DNA from: Antedon mediterranea
Taxonomy: Eukaryota; Animalia; Echinodermata
Length of the DNA: 64,000 bases
NCBI RefSeq assembly: GCF_964355755.1
Contig: NC_092671.1
Span: 8,370,001-8,434,000, forward strand
Direction: 5' to 3'
The notes under the pieces: generated by a model
What the model saw: only the letters and a program-made list of their open reading frames with translations
What the model was told of the DNA's origin: nothing
Database searches by the model: none
Made by a program: the position numbers and the translations under genes
Shown: positions 24,901 through 37,005 of the stretch, piece after piece
How positions within the stretch are numbered: the first letter of the stretch is position 1
Layout of the letters: every line of letters starts with the position of its first letter

Positions 24901-27900
24901 CACCTTAAAGTGACTTTATTTAAATGTCAAATATTACTGCAAATAATAGATTTGTAATTATTATTATTATATTGGTTTATTATACAACAATTTATTATAG
25001 TAAATAAGAATGATTTAAAGATAGTTCCACTAAATATGATGAAATGAAATTGTAACAGCTGGAAAATACACATGGTCAACAAATGTTGTTATAAAATACA
25101 CATGGTCAACAAATGTTGTTATAAAATACACATGGTCAACAAATGTTGTTATAAAATACACATGGTCAACAAATGTTGTTATAAAATACACATGGTCAAC
25201 AAATGTTATTATAAAATACACATGGTCAACAAATGTTGTTATAAAATACACATGGTCAACAAATGTTGTTATAAAATACACATGGTCAACAAATGTTGTT
25301 ATAAAATACACATGGTCAACAAATGTTGTTATAAAATACACATGGTCAACAAATGTTGTTATAAAATACACATGGTTAACAAATGTTGTTATAAAATACA
25401 CATGGTCAACAAATGTTGTTATAAAATACACATGGTTAACAAATGTTGTTATAAAATACACATGGTCAACAAATGTTGTTATAAAATACACATAGTCAAC
25501 AAATGTTGTTATAAAATACACATGGTCAACAAATGTTGTTATAAAATACACATGGTCAACAAATGTTGTTATAAAATACACATGGTCAACAAATGTTGTT
25601 ATAAAATTTCTTCAAAAAGAATAGAATACAGTTTGTGTAAAGCTCTGTTTACACTATCAAAATAGAAATAAAAAGTGTTCCCAAATTAGGTAGTGATTAA
25701 CATCATCATGTCCATATATATAGGCACATTTTAATAGTATAGACAGAGCTTTAATAACAAAGTAGTTGGGAGTTCATATCATCATTGATGGCTCTTGGAT
25801 CTTCCTAGGACCTACTATTTATCTATCTTTTTTGTGTTTTGTATTGTTTTTTTCTGATAATATGTTATATATATATCACTTGCACTGATGAAGGGCTAGT
25901 GTTGCCCGAAAGCTCTGCTAACTTTTCTGGCTGTTTACTGTATCGTTTAGATTTAGCCTTTCGCTTTTTTTTTTTGTATCTCCATTGAGATCCAGCCACT
26001 GATACCCACAGCATTGTCATTTTTTTAGTAATTTGCCTTTGGATTTATATACATATATATAATATATACATATTGTTACTTTCTAATAATAATAAACAAT
26101 ATTTAATTTTTTTATTTTAGCTAAACCCATGTGGTCAGAAATCAATCAATGAGTCAATGATGTACATTGATAGTCCAGTTGAGAAATGCCAACATATTCT
26201 GGGACTTATCCAGTCACTAATTAGTTTGTTACGACAGAAGATTCATGATCCGTCTTCCAAAGGTAGCATTCAAATATAGTAGGACCTCTATTTATCCTTT
26301 GGAATCCAACAAAATATCCTCATATTAGAGGTGTCCCGTGAATAGAGGAATTCAACAAAGCAGGGTTGAGTTAATAGGAAATCTATCAAAACCCGTAAAA
26401 AAGCTTAACATGCAATTAGTACCTTTAATCTTTGAAGTTGTAGAAAATAACAATAATATGAAACCAACCAATCAAATTGCAAGGATACATTGATCAATTT
26501 TTATTTAGTATTTATTTTTTACAACCAAATTTATATATTTCATCTATATGTAGATGTAGTTTTATATCACAATGAAACGTTGGAGTTAATGCTACGACGA
26601 TGGGCAAAACTTGAAAAAGATTTTTTCATGCAGAAAAACAGTCATTTTGACATCACAAAAATCCCAGACATTTACGACTGTGTCAAGTACGACATGTTGC
26701 ACAACAGGGCCGTGATTGACTTTGAAGAGCTCTGGGATCTGTACGCATGTGCACAGGCAATGGCTGATGTTATTATACCTCAGGTAATAATGGAATAGTC
26801 CCAAATTTCTATGTCCTATGTAATTGTCATGACCATTTATCATCAGCATTATATCTTATTTAATTTAAGGTGAGGATGAAGAGATACATATAGTTAGTGT
26901 AGCTGTAGCTTGGTGGTTAACATGCTTGGCTTCCAATCCCAGGGTTTAGTGTTCAATCCGACAAAGTGCCAGGGTTGTAACTTGTGATGCTTTCAACTCT
27001 ATTCCCTAAGCCTTAAACGAGACTTAGTTTATAAGCACAATAAATTATAAAATAGTTTATCCATCCTGTAATTGGCAAATTGCTCGATGTCGATGTGTAT
27101 GAAATAAAAAAAAAAGAATAAAAATTAAGACCAACAGTAATACTGCCAAAAACTACTATTTCATAATTAAGTGTTAATGCAAAGAAACCATTTGAAAATC
27201 TTTTAATTTGTTATATTTTTTAAACATTAAGGAATATGGAATTTCAGCCAGAGATAAACTGGATATCGGGACAGGTATCTGCACGCCACTCCTGCAGAAG
27301 ATTAAAGGTGACCTGATGCGAAACATTAAAGATGAGGAGTTCACGTCTCGGTTAAATCCGAGATACACACGTGATGTCATGACACCTGACCGTCATGTGC
27401 GATCGCGACTGTATTTTACGAGTGAGAGTCATATACATTCTTTGCTTTCTTGTATAAGATATGGTGGCTTATGTGATGTAAGTCTTGGTTGATACAATTT
27501 TCATTTTATTCAATTAAATTTTTTATAAGATCTTGAACAATATAATTTCCAATTTTAAATACTTGTTAATCTTATCCTGTCAATGTTTTATTTCATTAAG
27601 TTTTATTAATAAATAATTAATATTATTATTTCTTTTAATTTTATAGGAAACAAGTGACCCGCAATGGAAGCGTGCCATGGAATACTTAAGTGCGGTGCGA
27701 GAACTCAACTACATGTCACAGATTGTTATTATGTTGTATGAAGATCCCAAGAAAGACCCCACATCAGAAGATAAATTCCATGTAGAGCTGCATTTCAGCC
27801 CAGGGGCCCGAGGCCTTGAGGATAACTTTGATGTGCCTGAAAGCTGTGGTTATAGGCCTAGCTATTCAAGGGGCAAGGTAATTATTATTACTACAGTTGA

Positions 27901-30878
27901 ACCTGTAGAAGAGGACACCTTCAGGACCCACTAAAGTGCTCCTTAATTGAGGTGTCTCCTGAAATGGGCTTGGTGTTACAACATATATTGTTCGTTTCAT
28001 AGAAAAGTGTCCCTTTAATGATGGCGTTTACTGAATAAGGCTTGGCTATTATAGTGTTACAACATGTAACATATGTTGTTCGTTTCATAAGAAATGTCCC
28101 TTTAATAGGGGTGTTTACTGATTAAGGCTTGGCTATTATAGTGTTACAACATGTAACATATGTTGTTCGTTTCATAAAGAAATGTCCCTTTAATAGGGGT
28201 TTTTACTGAATAAGGGTTGGCTATTATAGTGTTACAACATGTAACATATGTTGTTCGTTTCATAAGAAATGTCCCTTTAATAGGGGTGTTTACTGAATAA
28301 GGCTTGGCTATTATAGTGTTACAACATGTAACATATGTTGTTCGTTTCATAAGAAATGTCCCTTTAATAGGGGTGTTTACTGAATAAGGGTTGGCTATTA
28401 TAGTGTTACAACATGTAACATATGTTGTTCGTTTCATAAGAAATGTCCTTTTAATAGGGGGGTTTACTGAATAAGGGTTGGCTATTATAGTGTTACAACA
28501 TGTAACATATGTTGTTCGTTTCATAAGAAATGTCCCTTTAATAGGGGTGTTTACTGAATAAGGGCTTGACTATTATAGTGTTACAACATGTAACATATGT
28601 TGTTCGTTTCATAAGGAATGTCCCTTTAATAGGGTGTTTACTGAATAGGGCTTGGCTATTATAGTGGTACAACGTGTAACATATGTTGTTCGTTTCATAA
28701 GAAATGTCCTTTTAATAGGGGTGTTTACTGAATAAGGGTTTGCTATTATATAGTGTTACAACATGTAACATATGTTGTTCGTTTCATAAGAAATGTCCCT
28801 TTAATAGGGGTGTTTACTGAATAAGGGCTTGACTATTATAGTGTTACAACATGTAACATATGTTGTTCGTTTCATAAGGAATGTCCCTTTAATAGGGTGT
28901 TTACTGAATAAGGGCGTCCCAAAGGATGAGTTCTACTGTATATTTATTTATATATATATATTATTTAAATAGGTTGAATTAGTAAATTTGGTGACCATTT
29001 AGGAGCCACAAATATTATATTTAAATCAAACAAATATCATAATACTGTTAAAAACATTGGATATTCACAGGCAAATGTACCAGATGTTGAAGTTGATTTA
29101 ATTGATGACCTTGTCAGTGCAGCAGAAGATGTCTTTTGCATGAGCCCAGTGGAAGAGGAGCCACAAGTAGGCTTCTCTCCTCCGGGCAACTACTGCAATA
29201 CTAACAAGAGTTACCCAGAGGTTTCAGCATCAACCCGTGAAAGAAAAGCTTCGGATAACACACCCCCGAGTAGGAACGAAGGAACGCCACCAAGATTTTT
29301 CAGTCGTGATGTTATTGATGATAAGCATCTTGTAATAGGTTCGTTCATCTAAATATTCTTCACATTCAACTAATACATTTATTATTTGTATATTATATAA
29401 CACGTAAATTAATTCCGGTCATTTGATTGGACAGTTGTGGGTCACATAGCATGCAATATTACACACTATTGAGTACTCGTTCAATAGTTCTTTTTAAAAA
29501 AGCATCTTCCAATAGGTTCGTTTGTCTAAATATTCTCCACATTAAACAAATACATTCATTATTTATATATTAAAACACAAATGAATTTTGTTTAAATCTT
29601 ATTGAATTATTTCATATAGAAGCAACGGATTAATTGAATAAAAGTTTACTTTATAGAACCATATCATATAAAACAAATAATAAATGTTTCGTCTTCTTTG
29701 AATATTCTAAAAATAAATAATATTCATTATCTGTATATTAAAATGGAGCATACAAATCCAACCTAATTTATCTATTAAAATTAAACAAAAGAAAGCTTTG
29801 AGGTTACTGTTAATGTCAACTATTTTATAGTTTTTTATTGACATTATTTATCTAATTTATTCAGGTCCACAGACAAGTTTGTTCAGTAAGGGTCTACTAA
29901 ATGTACGGAGTGAACCTGATCTGCCAAGCTACGGCCATCAAAATAATAGAGCATACAAGAGAAGACTGACAGACTTTAGTATTCTGCCAGGTAAGATGTT
30001 GTTTAGAACAGCAGCAGAATATTAACAAAATTAACATAAAACTGAGACCAATTGCTGAGGGTGTGGACCTTTCTAGAACCCTGCGGTTGTATTCACCAAT
30101 CCCACTTAAGTGAGATATTTCCCTTAAATATTAAATATTTCACTTAACTTAATACATTTTTATATATTTCCCTTAAATTGTATTCACTTAGAAAGGAGAT
30201 TTTTTTTATTTTAAGGGTAAGTGTTTCCTTAGCCTAAGTGTGAATGGTGAATATGGCCACTGGTTACAGGCCTGTACTTTATCTCTTTAAGACATACAGT
30301 ACATTTTTATTTACTTCTGGTCCCTTGTACCTCCACCTCCTTTCAACTAATCCTATTACAAGTTTATAGTTTACAATCTTTTTCCGTTTCCAGGTATTGA
30401 TAATGGTTCATCAATGCCATCTGTACGTCCACTAGAAACACTGCACAATTCACTGTCATTGAAACAAGTTGATTACTTCCTGGAGAAAGTAACAAGCCTA
30501 AACTCATGTCGCACCCAGCTAGAAACGCCACCATCATGTCCATACAAACTAAACACTTTTACTCCAAAGCGGGTTCTGCCGACTACGTTAGTGTACAAAG
30601 ACGGAGAGGCCTCGCTCCTAAGCCGATCATCATCCAATCCCTCGTCTAATGTCTCCAGTGCTTTGCCGTCACCAACTGAAAACCGAGTCTTTGATTTCAT
30701 GGACTTGGGATCAGACTTAATGATGAGTAGTCTGGATGGTATTTGCAGTTTAGGATCGAGCACATCTGAACAAACACTGGCTAAAAACACATTGAGTAAT
30801 ATATCATTGCTTTCACCTCCAAAAAACCTTATAGAAACATGTCCTAGAGACAGTTATCCAGGATCAGATGAAAATTGA
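12083..30878 (+). CDS. PPIP5K: Inositol hexakisphosphate and diphosphoinositol-pentakisphosphate kinase (PPIP5K/Vip1), ~1216 aa, 20 coding exons
   Basis: Exons with GT-AG junctions, all in phase: 12083-12166, 12382-12695, 13155-13398, 13987-14088, 15096-15257, 17055-17176, 17906-18007, 21212-21298, 21389-21669, 23878-24000, 24138-24259, 24414-24526, 24780-24846, 26121-26262, 26554-26783, 27232-27477, 27647-27877, 29071-29338, 29865-29990, 30394-30878. ATP-grasp kinase motifs [73 protein letters not shown] and [24 protein letters not shown]. Histidine acid phosphatase motifs [14 protein letters not shown] and [14 protein letters not shown]-terminal [17 protein letters not shown]. Confidence 0.97.
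15300..15426. mobile_element. Short palindromic MITE (AAAGCTCTGTCTACACTATCAAA...TTTGATAGTGTAGACAGAGCTTT family; probably PIF/Harbinger-Tourist type)
   Basis: ~23-bp TIRs and an internal ATCACTACCATATTTGGGCACATCAC motif. At least 7 copies: ~15300-15426, 24569-24710, 25639-25752, 34435-34589, 50710-50865, 59323-59430, 60241-60375. Confidence 0.75.
15731..16500 (-). mobile_element. DINE-1/HINE-like (Helentron-associated) non-autonomous element
   Basis: On the minus strand: a TTTTTAGTCGCGTG 5' end, a (GTCG/GTCT)n microsatellite, an inverted copy CACGCGACT near the 3' end, then a short stem-loop and CTTGTT. A shorter relative lies at 50533-50668. Confidence 0.7.
18158..18350 (+). mobile_element. 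tRNA-derived SINE (degenerate)
   Basis: A-box TGGCCGAGCGG and B-box GGTTCGAGGC; the body is shared with 21799-22075 (CGTAGGTC..GTGTACAC, GAGTAGGGGGTTAC). Confidence 0.65.
18748..19180. repeat. Minisatellite, 62-bp unit x7
   Basis: Unit GGAACCTTTGAAACCCATCTTGCCCCCACAGAGTATAAAGAATACAGACCATATGACTTTAT starts at 18748, 18810, 18872 and so on; copies are nearly identical. Confidence 0.97.
20675..20900 (+). mobile_element. tRNA-derived SINE, second family (degenerate)
   Basis: TGGCTTGGTGGTTA (A-box) ... GGGTTGAAGTCCC (B-box-like). A related head is at ~26899-27110 and ends in an A-rich tail. Confidence 0.5.
21799..22075 (+). mobile_element. tRNA-derived SINE
   Basis: A-box TGGCCGAGCAG and B-box GGTTCGAGG; the body is shared with 18158-18350. 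Confidence 0.7.
25063..25606. repeat. Minisatellite, 30-bp unit x~18
   Basis: Unit AAAATACACATGGTCAACAAATGTTGTTAT with very few variants. It explains the repetitive ORFs 25030-25581(-) and 25072-25665(+). Confidence 0.98.
25876..26050 (+). mobile_element. Penelope-like pseudo-LTR fragment with a minimal hammerhead ribozyme core, copy 2 (intronic, sense to PPIP5K)
   Basis: TGCA-CTGATGA-A-GGGC-TAGTGTT-GCCC-GAAA-GCTC-TGC at ~25881-25918; highly similar to 7461-7645. Confidence 0.7.
27894..28938. mobile_element. Tc1/mariner-pogo-type MITE (TA-flanked CAGT.GAAC TIR) inflated by an internal 87-bp tandem array (~11 units)
   Basis: TA-CAGTTGAACC ... GAGTTCTACTG-TA ends. The unit GTGTTACAACATGTAACATATGTTGTTCGTTTCATAAGAAATGTCCCTTTAATAGGGGTGTTTACTGAATAAGGGTTGGCTATTATA spans ~27973-28915. 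Confidence 0.75.
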
Positions 30879-31785
30879 TACAGAATATAGTGATTAGCAG
30901 TTGAGTAACGGCTATGAGCACTCACTGGCTAAACCAAGGGCCTTTCGAGTAGGCCCATGAGCAGTGCCCAGAGGGAAAACAAATATTAAAATATGTCGAA
31001 AAGGTCTAAAAACGTTGGAGGCCACTTAGGTTTCCTGAGGCCCCTGCGTTAGGCCACTGATAGCTAGGTAATGGTAGATCCAATATTTTAAAATATGGTG
31101 AGTCCAAGGGCCTATAATTTATAAAATTGAAATTTCCGAAATTCATGGATGGATGGGGGCCAGTTGGCTCCTCCTCCTTGATCAGAGGGAATGTGATAAA
31201 AGGATTATATAAGATTTTATTTAGGAGTAGATGAAAGAAATTATATGTTGATCAGAGGGAAGTAATACACACATAATACAAGATTACTCTGGATATTTCA
31301 TATAGCATTATGTAATTGTTTAACACCTCCAGCATATCTCCTCTTGAATCAGATGGAAATTATTGACACTGCCTTAACAGATGGAATTGATACTCAAACA
31401 ATACCAACATTAACCATGGAGTAGTGATCTTTAAAATTTAAAATTGATAATTAGTATCAGTACTGAAAAATGACATGCTAATGGGATGTACAGTATCTTT
31501 CCGTTTTTAGCATGTAAACCATTTTTTGCATAAGAGTAGGCCTACAGTTTTGTGACTTTATTTTCAATACATCTCAAATTGGTATGAAATATGTGTGCAA
31601 TAATAAATTTATCAATTTCTTGTAGGTTAGAATCATTTTAAGAGGACAGTTAATTATGAAGATAATGCGAATGTATATACATGTAAATTAATAAATATGG
31701 AAATGTTTTAATAGGCGTGTTTATGTGATTATTTGTAATGTAATACAGAGTTGTTTACCAGTGGGTCGTTTTCAAAAAAATCCAT

Positions 31786-32440
31786 GTACAGGGATTTTTT
31801 TGAAAAATAGCCAAAATATTAAAGTTTTTAAAATCAAATTATGTGATAATATTGCTATGATCATATATTGCATTATTATCATCATCTTATAGTGACCATA
31901 GAAACCAGATGGCAAAAAATAAAAGGGTCAAAATTTGGCAAATTTCAAAAAATGACCAAAATATCAAGTTTTTAAAATTCAATTATGCGATAATATTGCT
32001 ATATATGATCATATAATGCGTTATGATCATCTTATAGTGCCATAGAAATCAGTTATGCCGAAAAATAAAAGGGTCAAAATTTTGCAATTTTTGAAAATGG
32101 CCAAAATATAAAGTTTTTTTTAATTCAATTATGCGATAATATTGCTATATTTGTTCATATATTGCATTATCATCATCTTATAGTGCCATAGAAACCAGTT
32201 ATGGTAAAAATAAAAGGGTCGAAATTTAGCAATTGACAAAATCCCTGTACTATTATCAACCAAAAAATCTAATTTTTAAAGTTTAATTATTATGCGATAA
32301 TATTGCTATAATGATCATATATTCCGTTATCATCATCTTATAGTGCCATAGAAACCAGATATGATGAAAAATAAAAGGGTCGAAATTTTGCCATTTTTGA
32401 AAAAAAAACCCTGTACTATTATTTGGCTATTTTTCAAACA
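31786..32440. repeat. Diverged ~145-160-bp tandem array (4 units) bounded by short inverted repeats
   Basis: Repeated AATTATGCGATAATATTGCTAT...CATCTTATAGTGCCATAGAAA...AAATAAAAGGGTC. The ends GTACAGGG/CCCTGTAC and TGAAAAATAGCCAAA/TTTGGCTATTTTTCA are inverted. Confidence 0.8.
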
Positions 32441-32883
32441 TTTTTTTTTTATAGACATAACTGGCTATATATATCATAACCTAACATGCGCAAAGGCGAT
32501 ATAACTGATTTAATAAGATTATACAAGGCTGTAGCGAAAGGTTAAAAACACATGAGGCAAAGATGCTTATAATATATTTATTAATATAAAATATAACGGT
32601 CTGTACTGAGAAATTGGGGTTGGTGTTAAAAATTGTAGACGAATCTGCCACATGATGATAAATATGTGCGCATATTATTCGATATTTTGTTCGCTTTTTA
32701 CGATGCATGTTTATGAGGATGGATTTTTTTAAATGTCAAAAACATTTACTTTTAAAAATATTTTACAGTATTATTATAATCCAAGTATTAATCCATAATT
32801 AAAACCTACAGCCTACAACTTTTAGAACTGACTGTTGTGCATTCATGCATGATCTCTTGAGACAAATACAACCATATTTCTTT

Positions 32884-35800
32884 TCAAGTATTATCCTTGT
32901 TTGATGAATTCTTTTCTTTTAATAAATCTATACATTTATTTTCTAATATTTCAAATTTTTTATCCATTTGAAGACGATAGTCATCCATCTCTTGAAATTT
33001 TGCTTGTAATCTTTCCTCCATTTCCTGCTGCATTTGAAGAACCCTGGCTTCTAAGTTTACTCCGCAGGAACATGTTACAGATTCTGATGCAGATCTAGAA
33101 CAAAATAAAATATATTATATACTACATCATATATTCCAGGCCTCTGATTGGTCAAAAAGTTATTATCATTTATCTCAAGAAGAAAAGGACTAGAAAGTAA
33201 TCTAGTTTTGGAATTGAGTACAGTCAACATTTCAACGGTCCAAATTCTTTGCTATTCTAAAAAGCCATATTTACTTAATCATCATTATGGTACAGGTAAA
33301 CTTGAAATTTAAATTATATTATTATGGCCGACGTCTGTCGCGAACAACAATGTAAATAAGTCTTACATTCATCTGAATGATGGATGAAACTAAGCGAGGA
33401 CTGTTTAAAGCACCTTTGGCTGGTCCTATCATTGACCAAGGGCTTCTCTCGTCCAGTGCCAACCTTGACCAGAAGAAAAGCATAAGGCAGTACAGCTGAG
33501 GAAGATACTAGATGCCATGAGAGTCAGCAGTGCTGATTTCAAATGCCTAATGGGATCCCATCTCTAAATATTCTCCATTTAAAAGAAAATGTCCTTAAAT
33601 ATTTAAGTGAAATACTTATCTCACTTAAGTATGGTTAATGAATATGGTCACAGGCATGTTGAGCCAGGGCAGAATGAACATTTTGGTAGAGTTGACTGTA
33701 CTATAATTTCCTGCAAAAAACTTACACTGCACAGTTATTTAATCCCTCTTTAGAGAACTCATCAGTTGAACATTTCTCCTCTTGTGATTCTACCAGATTC
33801 CACTTATCATTCCTACATTCTATACTTAATACAGTATCACTTGTTGTATTAGATTTATCCCTATTTGATTTTTTACACAGTAATTGTTTAGCTAAACATT
33901 CATTTGTCTCTGTTTGCCTCGAGTCCGATTGTTGTGACATTGTTCTTTGCGTAAACAGCTGAAGCATCATGGGAAGGAGAGGGTTTGTTTGTGATTGAGG
34001 GGTAGATGAAGGAGCACTGGCTGGAATGGACGATATTAGTTGGTGCAACATTGCTTGGCCCTAAAAAAAAAAATGAGCATAAAAATTTAATAGATATTTA
34101 ATTTAACAAGTTCATTTTTATGGATTGCTCTCAGAAAGTCTACTTGTAGGAATGTAAAATAGTTCATGTTATTTTGTGTATAATTGTAGCATAGACCATC
34201 AGGAGTCAGTCAGCTTAGCAGCAAAATAATAGTAAAACTGTTTATCTAACATGTACCATTATGGGAGGTGGTTTGCATTACGGCGACAAGAGACCTTGTA
34301 CAAATATAATTTTATTTTTGTGTTTTTAAATAAGTATATTTTTTTATAAACCTGTAATTGGTGGCTTTCTGTACTGTTGGTTGTAAGAATAAAAAATAAA
34401 AAAGGTTATCTTTTCATTATTTTCATGATTATTAAAACTCTGTCTACAAAGTTAGTTTGACAAAAAACTATGATGCACCCAAATATGGTAGTGATACACC
34501 CAAATACGGTAGTGATATGTCATCATGTCCATATATGGGCACATCACATTTTTTTGTCACATAAAGTTTTATAGTGTAGACAGAGCTCTAGACTTACATC
34601 AGTTTCAAATTTGTTATTAAGCAGCATACGATCTACTTTTTGCATGTTTACAAGCTTACTGCTGTCAGGGACGTCATTCTTCTCTTCCAATGTCAGCCAA
34701 ATACCAAACAGATCCAACTTCTGTTTTTCTTGCAATGAAACAAACTATATATTTTAAAAATTAAGAAAAACTTGAGAGCTATGACTCTAATACAGTGGTT
34801 GATCCAGAATGGTTAAATTTGGTGCTTTTTATTTCAGTCTGATGGTATGTAAACAACACAACTGCACATAATGCACTTGTCAATTATATGATCCACTATC
34901 AATCCCCGGGAGAGGTGTGTCAATTACAAATAATCATTGATTCAGGGGTGCGTCAAAAAACCTAAACGGTATGCCACATCAATGAACATTGGTGTGTCAA
35001 TGTCCGTCACTTTACCACCCGCCATATCTATACCGTGAACAACATGGTAATTGTTCTTCAAAATATGTACGCCAATGGTATTCAAGTATGACACCTCTCA
35101 TGGGGGTCGTATAGTGGGTTATATAAATGACAGGTGTTTAACACAAACATTCAAGATCTACATTATTGATAAAGAAAACTACATAAGATGCATAAGACAT
35201 TATCATGCATGGTTTTATAATGCTACCCTTTATTATCTGTAATAGTATAGAAATTGACCTTTCTACAACCACTACTAATACTATAAAAATATTATTGGGA
35301 AGTTGGTTATTTCAATATTCAAATTTTTGTACCTTGATTGACATTGTATCCAATGGTCTTCCACATTCGAACGTGTGCCAGTAAACACTGCTTCCATTGG
35401 ATGACTTCATTTTCCCTTTGACAGTTTCTAAATAAGAATCCTTGCCCTCGTACACTTCCATGTGACGAGCGCTGCACACGATACGCAGCTCAGTCAATGC
35501 CATGCTACTGTGGGCAGTTAACATTATTAGACAGCGTTCTGATCCTGAAGCATTGTCTGGACGAAGCACTGTAGATTGGAGACAGGTCTCGCCATCTTCT
35601 GCTAAAAGTCTGGATATTTAAGGGAAAACAAATAAAACCAGATATCAATTTAATTATTTAAAATGGTACTGATGTACTGTATAGGCCTAGTATGTATGAG
35701 TGGCAGAGTGGTGAAATTAAAATCAGTTTTTAAGTATTTTATATGAAGGCCCACTGACCCAGGCCCACTATATACGATTTTGATTATATCATTGTTAATG

Positions 35801-36260
35801 TTACTCACCACCAGTGCATCTTCAACAAGGGTTTGGGTAAAGCGCCCCTAAAAAAGGCCCAAAAAAAAAGAAGCCCTAAAATAATAGATTACAGAGAACA
35901 GAACACTAATAGTACACTACATTGTCAGCTAGCTTTTTGACAGTACTGTGGACTTATATTTAATAATAGTACCCGAGTCATATACATACAGAATGTACCT
36001 ACTAGACCTAGGCCTACCTATAGGCTAGGCTAAACAGAACAGTTACACCGGGGCAACCTGTTGTCCGACTCCCGGTGTTTGACTTTGATGCCTAACTAAC
36101 TAGCTAGGGCCTAGCCTACTAACTAAGGGCCAAGCTAAACAGCCTACATTTACAACTACTGGTCCAATATTAAAAAGAATTACCTATTAATATGAAGAAG
36201 TTCATCCAAACATTGGTCACCTCCGGCTGGCCAAGAAGAGTGAACGTCCACGATCGGCAT
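32884..36260 (-). CDS. C10orf88/PAAT-like protein (DUF4506 family), ~348 aa, 5 exons
   Basis: Exons 36260-36184, 35609-35333, 34744-34598, 34060-33726 and 33094-32884 splice in phase. IVCSARHMEVYEGKDSYLETVKG resembles the recalled C10orf88 motif (SARNMEVY...YCGTSRG); N-terminal HSSW; C-terminal coiled segment MEERLQAKFQEMDDYRLQMDKKF. Confidence 0.75.
33390..33510. repeat. Interspersed repeat fragment (unclassified)
   Basis: GGACTGTTTAAAGCACCTTTG...CATTGA.CAAG...CTGAGG.AGAT is shared with ~37141-37250. Confidence 0.5.
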
Positions 36261-37005
36261 ATTTTAGATGTAAACAAAAGTGTATTAGGACTTGGCCTAG
36301 GCTAGGCCTACACAACTTTGCTGTGTTGTGTGGTGCTACGACATGGTCGGTCCTTTGCCTTTCTTCGAAATATAAACGATAGAGGGCGTAACAAATAGCC
36401 GGCTCTCTTACTTAGTCACAGGGTTTGCCTGTGGCTGCGACACGATTTTACGCCCGTTCCACACGGAGAATAATATGTACATACTATGTTGTACAAAGGC
36501 TACAATTGGTACTGTATTTGTCGCAGACAGACATAAGATCAAAAGACTGTTAGGAATTCCTATCTTGGCAAGGCGAGTTGGATTGCCCGTGGGATTGCCT
36601 TGATTTAACATACTGTACCGTAGCCTAGGCCTATTTCATACACATCCAATTCGTTTAAAATTTGATCTATCCGATTTTCTCAACATGTTCTGTTCATAAC
36701 TTAGGCTATCCCCCCGCTCATGAACATATACCAGCTTTTTCCTCATTAATATTCGTTTATTCATTTAAATATTCATCGTAATAAAAGGCAGATCGTACAG
36801 TAGACATAATGATACAATAATTTATAATATTATTATAAATCTTTATTCACGAAATATGTTAAAAATATAAACGTAGATAGATAGGCCCTAGCTATTTGGT
36901 ATTTTCTTAGGCCTACAAAAAATAATTCATAAAAAATGCTCTTTTCACGAGCTTAAATTAAGTATAGTAACAACTAATGGAATTTAAACTTTCACTGCAT
37001 ATTTG

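Noticed and set aside
25030-25665. ORFs encoding Cys-rich ([10 protein letters not shown])n or ([10 protein letters not shown])n proteins
   Set aside because: By-product of a 30-bp minisatellite inside a PPIP5K intron; no synonymous-site bias and no splice or promoter context.
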